NCBI GenBank assembly: GCA_963707025.1
Contig: CAVPOM010000005.1
Location: 256,001-320,000, forward strand
DNA from: an uncultured Verrucomicrobiae bacterium
Lineage (GTDB): Bacteria; Verrucomicrobiota; Verrucomicrobiia; Limisphaerales; Palsa-1400
Direction: 5' to 3'
DNA: 64,000 nt
The notes beneath the pieces are model-generated. The model was given only the letters and a program-made list of their open reading frames with translations, did not search any database and had not been told where the DNA came from. How positions within the stretch are numbered: the stretch's first letter is position 1; the number at the start of each line of letters is the position of its first letter. Position numbers and translations under genes: made by a program. Shown piece by piece: positions 59,040-64,000 of the stretch.

Positions 59040-60326
59040 ATGATTAATCGCTTCGTCAAATGCTTCGGCTCGCTGCGGCTCACCCTCGTTTGTCTGTGCC
59101 TGGCGGTGGTGCTGGTGTTCGCAGGAACCCTCGCCCAGGTCCGCCTTGGCCTTTATGTGGTGCAGTCGGAATTCTTCCGCAGTTTCTTGATTTATTGGAC
59201 GCCCGGAGGCGGCCATTGGCGCATCCCGGTTTTTCCAGGAGGCTGGACGATTGGGGTGGTTCTGCTGGTCAATCTTCTGTGCGCCCACATTCAACGGTTC
59301 CAGTTCAGCCGCCGAAAAATCGGGCTGCTCCTGGTTCACGCGGGACTGATTCTTTTGCTGGCCGGCTTCTTTTTCACCGAAGTTTTCCAGATCGAAAGCC
59401 AGATGCGCATTGCCGTGGGCGAATCGAAAAACTACGCGGAGGACAGCCGCCGCAATGAATTGGTCGTGCTGGATGTCACCAATCCCGGTCAGGACAAGGT
59501 GGTGGCGATTCCTCAAGACCTTCTGCAACAGGGCGGCGAAATTCGCCCGCCGGGTCTGCCCTTTGCCTTGCGCGTCAAACATTATCTGCCCAACTCCCAG
59601 CCGGCCGGTCCCATGTCCGGCCAAGGCGAAAAACTCAAGGCCGGCAACGGTCTCGGCCAGCGCCTGCTCTTCACGGCAGCGCCCCTGGCGGGCCGGCTGG
59701 ACGACGAAAACAAGCCGGCGGCGCTGATCCAGGTCGTGGCCGGCCAGCAGGTCGTTGGGGACTGGACGGTTTCGACCTGGCTGACCAAACGTCCGTGGTC
59801 CACGCTATTGCAGGAACAATTTGGGCCGTTTTTGGGCGTTCCGCTGGACGGGTCGCAGGCCTTCGCCTGGGCCGGCCGCCTTTATCAAATCGCCCTGCGC
59901 CCGGTTCGCTATTACAAGCCTTACACCATCGCCTTGTTGGAATTCCGGCACGATGTGTATGCGGGCACCGACATTCCGAGCAATTTTTCCAGCAGAATTC
60001 ACCTGAAGGATCCGGCCCGCGGCGAGGATCGCGACGTGGTGATTCGCATGAACAGCCCGTTGCGTTATGGTGGCGAGGCCTACTACCAGTCCAGCTTTGA
60101 ACCGGGCGACCAAGTGACGATTTTGGAGGTGGTTCGCAACCCGGCGGCCATCACGCCCTACGTGGCCTGCCTGCTCATCGCCGCCGGCCTGGTGGCGCAA
60201 TTCCTCACGCATCTGCTTGGTTTTGCCAGAAAACAGGCGCGCTCCGCAGCCCCGCTCCGGCAGGCCGCGAAGGCGCGTGAATCCTTGGCAGAACCGGCAC
60301 TGGCTGCCGGAAGGAGTGATGCATGA
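59040..60326 (+). CDS. ResB-like cytochrome c biogenesis protein
   Basis: SLRLT, LLVHAGLILLL, IRMNSPLRYGG...YQSSF. Confidence 0.8.
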   Translation: MINRFVKCFGSLRLTLVCLCLAVVLVFAGTLAQVRLGLYVVQSEFFRSFLIYWTPGGGHWRIPVFPGGWTIGVVLLVNLLCAHIQRFQFSRRKIGLLLVHAGLILLLAGFFFTEVFQIESQMRIAVGESKNYAEDSRRNELVVLDVTNPGQDKVVAIPQDLLQQGGEIRPPGLPFALRVKHYLPNSQPAGPMSGQGEKLKAGNGLGQRLLFTAAPLAGRLDDENKPAALIQVVAGQQVVGDWTVSTWLTKRPWSTLLQEQFGPFLGVPLDGSQAFAWAGRLYQIALRPVRYYKPYTIALLEFRHDVYAGTDIPSNFSSRIHLKDPARGEDRDVVIRMNSPLRYGGEAYYQSSFEPGDQVTILEVVRNPAAITPYVACLLIAAGLVAQFLTHLLGFARKQARSAAPLRQAAKARESLAEPALAAGRSDA

Positions 60327-62197
60327 AAAAGTGGTTTCCCTGGATTTTTGCCGCCGTTTTTGCCCTCTGGTTCTTGTCCGGCGCGCAACCGCCCAAGCCG
60401 GTTGACGGATTCGATGTGGCCGCCTTCGGACGGCTGCCGGTGCTGCTCAATGGCCGCATCCAGCCGTTTGATTCCTTGGCGCGCAACTCCCTGCTCAGCA
60501 TGAGCGGGCGCTCGACCGTGCGGCTGGCCGGCGGGCAGAGCCTGTCCGCCACGCAGTGGTTGCTGGAGACGATGGCCAAACCCGATCTGGCCAATCAACG
60601 AAAAGTTTTTCGCGTGCAACATCCCGACCTGCAAGGTTTGCTCGGCTCCGAAGAGCAAGGCTTGCGCTATTACTCCTTCAACGATCTGACCAATCAACTC
60701 GATGCCCTCCAAACCAACGCGCTCCAACTGCAGGACGCCGAAAGCACGCTGGGGGAGGAGGCGCAAAAGAAGCGCGATCCGTATCAGAGGGACCTCATGC
60801 ATTTGTTGGACAGCTTGTCGCTGTACGACCGCCTCAAGTGCGATCTCGGTCCCCCGGACACCGGGGATTTCCAAACGGAGCTTCAGATTTATGGGCAAAC
60901 CAGGAGCGCGGCTGGCGGCGCGGGGAAACAAGCCGGGGCGACCAACTCAGCCGGGGCGGACAACCTGCGCCTGCTGGAGGAATTCCAGCAGCGCTACGCC
61001 CGCGTGGCCGCGTTCTCCTACGCCAGGGCCGTGCCGCCATTGGCCGGGCAGCCGCGCAATTGGTGGATGAGTGTCGGGTCCAGCTTGACCAATTCCGCGG
61101 AGATTCATCCGGCGGTGAAGTTTCTGGCGGCCATGGCCACAGCTTACCGCCAGGAAAAGCCGGCGGACTTCGACCAGGCGGTGGCGGGGTATCGCGTCTG
61201 GCTGCAGGAAAATAGCCTTGACCCAGAACTGAAAAAGGGCGGGCAGGAATTTTTCTTCAACCAAATTGAGCCGTTTTACAAGAGCATGGTGATCTATATC
61301 GCCGCCGTCATCCTCGGGTGCTGCTTCTGGATCAATCTGTCCGAACCCGTGCGGCGAACCGGGTTCGCGCTGCTGGCGCTGGCCTTTGTCATCCATACCG
61401 TTGGGCTTGGCTTCCGCATGTGCCTGGAAGGCCGGCCGCCGGTAACCAATTTGTATTCGTCGGCCATCTTTATAGGCTGGGGTGCAGTGGCGCTGGGCAT
61501 GATCCTGGAGCGGGTTTTTAAGGGCGGCATCGGTTTGGTGGCATCCGGTCTGATCGGATTCACCACTTTGATCATTGCGCACCATCTGGCCTTGAGCGGC
61601 GACACCATGGAAATGTTGCGCGCGGTGCTGGACACCAATCTGTGGCTGTCCACCCATGTGGTGGTCATCACCATCGGCTATGCCTCGATGTTTGTGGGCG
61701 GATTGCTGGCCGCCATCTACATCGCGCGCGGTTTCTTTACGCGCACGCTTTCGCCTGGAACAGCCCGCGCGCTGGCCCGGATGGTCTATGGCATTATTTG
61801 TTTCGCCACGCTGACCAGTTTCACCGGAACGATTTTGGGAGGAATTTGGGCCGACCAAAGCTGGGGCCGCTTCTGGGGCTGGGACCCCAAGGAGAATGGA
61901 GCTTTGCTGATTGTGCTCTGGAACGCCATCATCCTGCACGCCCGCTGGGGCGGGGTCATCAAGGAACGCGGGTTGATGGCCCTGGCAGTGGGCGGCAACA
62001 TCGTGACCAGCTTCTCCTGGTTCGGCGTCAACATGCTCGGCGTCGGCCTCCATTCTTACGGCTTCATGGACAAAGCCTTCTTCTGGCTCATGCTCTTCGA
62101 TGCCAGCCAGGCCGCGCTCATCGTCGTGGCGCTGACTCCGGCAAGATTCTGGGCCAGCTTCAGGCCGCGGCCCACCGCAATTCCAGTCCCGGCATAG
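60323..62197 (+). CDS. ccsA: Cytochrome c biogenesis protein CcsA
   Basis: GGIWADQSWGRFWGWDPKE (WWD domain), GLHSY. Confidence 0.92.
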   Translation: MKKWFPWIFAAVFALWFLSGAQPPKPVDGFDVAAFGRLPVLLNGRIQPFDSLARNSLLSMSGRSTVRLAGGQSLSATQWLLETMAKPDLANQRKVFRVQHPDLQGLLGSEEQGLRYYSFNDLTNQLDALQTNALQLQDAESTLGEEAQKKRDPYQRDLMHLLDSLSLYDRLKCDLGPPDTGDFQTELQIYGQTRSAAGGAGKQAGATNSAGADNLRLLEEFQQRYARVAAFSYARAVPPLAGQPRNWWMSVGSSLTNSAEIHPAVKFLAAMATAYRQEKPADFDQAVAGYRVWLQENSLDPELKKGGQEFFFNQIEPFYKSMVIYIAAVILGCCFWINLSEPVRRTGFALLALAFVIHTVGLGFRMCLEGRPPVTNLYSSAIFIGWGAVALGMILERVFKGGIGLVASGLIGFTTLIIAHHLALSGDTMEMLRAVLDTNLWLSTHVVVITIGYASMFVGGLLAAIYIARGFFTRTLSPGTARALARMVYGIICFATLTSFTGTILGGIWADQSWGRFWGWDPKENGALLIVLWNAIILHARWGGVIKERGLMALAVGGNIVTSFSWFGVNMLGVGLHSYGFMDKAFFWLMLFDASQAALIVVALTPARFWASFRPRPTAIPVPA

Positions 62198-62770
62198 AAT
62201 CCCGCACAGGAGGGTCAATCGTTGAGCGGACCTTCGTAATACGAACCGGCCGAATACCGGAACAGGCGTTCGGCCAACGTCCGATCAGTCGGCAGCGCCG
62301 CAGCCGCGACAGTCGCAACGGGCGCCTTCCCCCTGAGAACTGGATCCGTCTTGGTGAGATTATTTTGCCTTGTTCCCGGCTGTTCAACATTGCCGCGCAC
62401 GGGGGCAGATTCACCGGCCCACCCGGCGGTCCGATGGGGCGCCGATAAAAGTAGTAGTCGTGACGTGCTCATTGAGACATTTTACGGTTCCATCCTCCAT
62501 TGCGCAAGCCAAAACTTGGCAAATATCCCTGTCATTTTGCCGCCCCGATCTTGCCAAATCAAAAGCAGCCAAAGGCCATTGCCTGCCTTGCTTCCAAAAC
62601 AGCAGAGGCCGGAATTTGTCAGAAAGATGGGGTCAGAAATATCGGCCTTTTGATGGCGCGGCAAACCCCGCCTTGGTCCCTGTCGCTGTCTGACTTTGGG
62701 GGGCCTGCAAGTGTGGGTGGCGACTTGTTCGACGCCGACTCATGCAGGCAGGGTGAGGTGCGCCACACCC

Positions 62771-62846
62771 GTTACACCGTTACAGTTGTTGATTATCAAC
62801 GGTTTACGAAAACTGCCCCCGTTACACCCCGTTACATTTGGTTACA
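62771..62846. repeat. GTTACA repeats flanking a palindrome/IHF-like site
   Basis: GTTACA at 62771, 62779, 62821, 62831, 62841; GTTGATTATCAAC at 62788-62800. Confidence 0.7.
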
Positions 62847-63097
62847 TCCAACTTATCCGCTTCCAAGGAACCCTCCGCATTTTGTGGGTTCCTTGGCACT
62901 ATGCACCGCATATTGTGGTTGGGGTTTACGGAGGACGGGGAAGGGCGGCGGAAGGCCGTTGGGGCGCGGTTTCTCAGGGCGCTGGCATCGCACGGGTGTC
63001 ATGGTGAGAGGGTATATTGGGCCTGGATAGACCCGTATATAACTCAATGATTTACAGGCTATTACGCATTGTCTTGGGCAAATGTATGGTCTGACCC

Positions 63098-63490
63098 CTT
63101 GCACCAAACGCAAAGCGGCCAACCGTCCAGGGCGAGATTCGCCAGAACGTCCAGCCCGGCTCGCAAATTTTCACTGACGCCCTCCGCTCATATAACGGAC
63201 TGGAACGCGATTATATCCATCAGACCATTGACCATGCGGAGGCTTATGTGCGGGGGAACGTCCACACGAACGGATTGGAAAATTTTTGGTGCTTGCTCAA
63301 GCGGTGCTTCAAGGGTACACACATCAGTGATGAGCCGTTCCACCTTTTCCGGTATCTCGACGAAGAAGCGTTCCGGTTCAATAATCGGCGGGACAACGAC
63401 GGCGAACGGTCCGTGAAAGCGATGGGGGGGATTGAGGGGCGGCATTTGACATATCGGCAACTGACGAACGGTGCTTTGAATCCAGATTGA
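63098..63490 (+). pseudogene. IS1595-family transposase C-terminal remnant
   Basis: IFTDALRSY...IDHAEAYVRGNVHTNGLENFW.LLKR...HLFRYLDEEAFRFNNR. Confidence 0.85.
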
Positions 63491-63567
63491 AGGGGAAGCG
63501 GGCGGCAATACCGGGGTCGGAAAACTGGTGATTAAATCAATGGTGTTGGTGACTTGCGAACTTTTAT

Positions 63568-64000
63568 ATGTCCGAGGAATTACTCCAAAAGGGTTATCTT
63601 GACCGAAAGGATCGAGCAAAAGGTGATGCGGTTGGGCCTTACGAGGGCTTCAACATTGGAGCAACCACGTTTGAACAGTTGCGTGCGGTTGGCATTATTC
63701 CAGATAGGTCATACGGCAGACATTCCAAGCGAAAACCAGATGGCATTGTTGTTGACCGGAGAGGCACTGTGCCAGTGGTTAAGTTCGTTGCCGAATTTAA
63801 AAATACTGGCGAATTAAACTCCGCCTCCAGGCTCCAAGATTTCAGCGAAAAAACAGCCGATGAATATTGCCGACCGCTGGAGTGCGAGTTTGGCGGTGTC
63901 AGTGACATGGAGAACAATTCATGGCTGTTGGTGACTCCAAAACAATGGCGCATTATTCTTCGGGAAGACGATTACCCGCTTGATTATCCAATAAACCTAG
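63568..64000 (+). CDS. Partial gene, probable restriction-modification enzyme with N-terminal PD-(D/E)xK nuclease (runs off the window)
   Basis: Open frame MSEELLQKG...NIGATT...KPDGIVV...AEFK to the window end; absent from the ORF track because it has no stop. Confidence 0.55.
   Translation, partial: MSEELLQKGYLDRKDRAKGDAVGPYEGFNIGATTFEQLRAVGIIPDRSYGRHSKRKPDGIVVDRRGTVPVVKFVAEFKNTGELNSASRLQDFSEKTADEYCRPLECEFGGVSDMENNSWLLVTPKQWRIILREDDYPLDYPINL

Noticed and set aside
62215..62472. 85-aa minus-strand ORF
   Set aside because: Plausible small gene, but no motif or other support
63550..63573. IS1595 right inverted repeat
   Set aside because: No matching left end is visible, and the sequence overlaps the start of the next gene

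Overview
A GC-rich bacterial chromosomal window; gene content and repeat families suggest Verrucomicrobiota (inference only). Core and accessory genes: a CsgG/TolB-N-like cluster, a TetR-controlled RND operon whose pump is fused to its outer-membrane factor, two tandem DUF2723 (TMEM260-like) glycosyltransferases with an ECF sigma, rsmE-dnaJ-grpE, a PilB/GspE ATPase, moeA, an EamA transporter, a DEAD/DEAH helicase, TolC/HlyD, GH36-like and GH29 glycosidases, a methyltransferase/radical-SAM operon and ResB/CcsA. Three mobile regions stand out. (1) A 7.4-kb element in the 3' end of tRNA-Asp(GTC) whose att site lies inside the tyrosine integrase reading frame. Excision would swap the integrase C-terminus and join the HTH-xis-int operon to a rolling-circle HUH Rep gene; a remnant of a sister element lies in tandem. 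(2) A decayed integron (intI fragment, attI, two cassettes, attC sites) hit by nested IS4/IS3 insertions and a MITE. (3) The edge of a probable island with an IS1595 remnant and a restriction-modification-like gene running off the window. Both IS3 copies carry a conserved promoter plus structured non-coding segment at their 3' end. All calls come from manual reading; no database searches were run.
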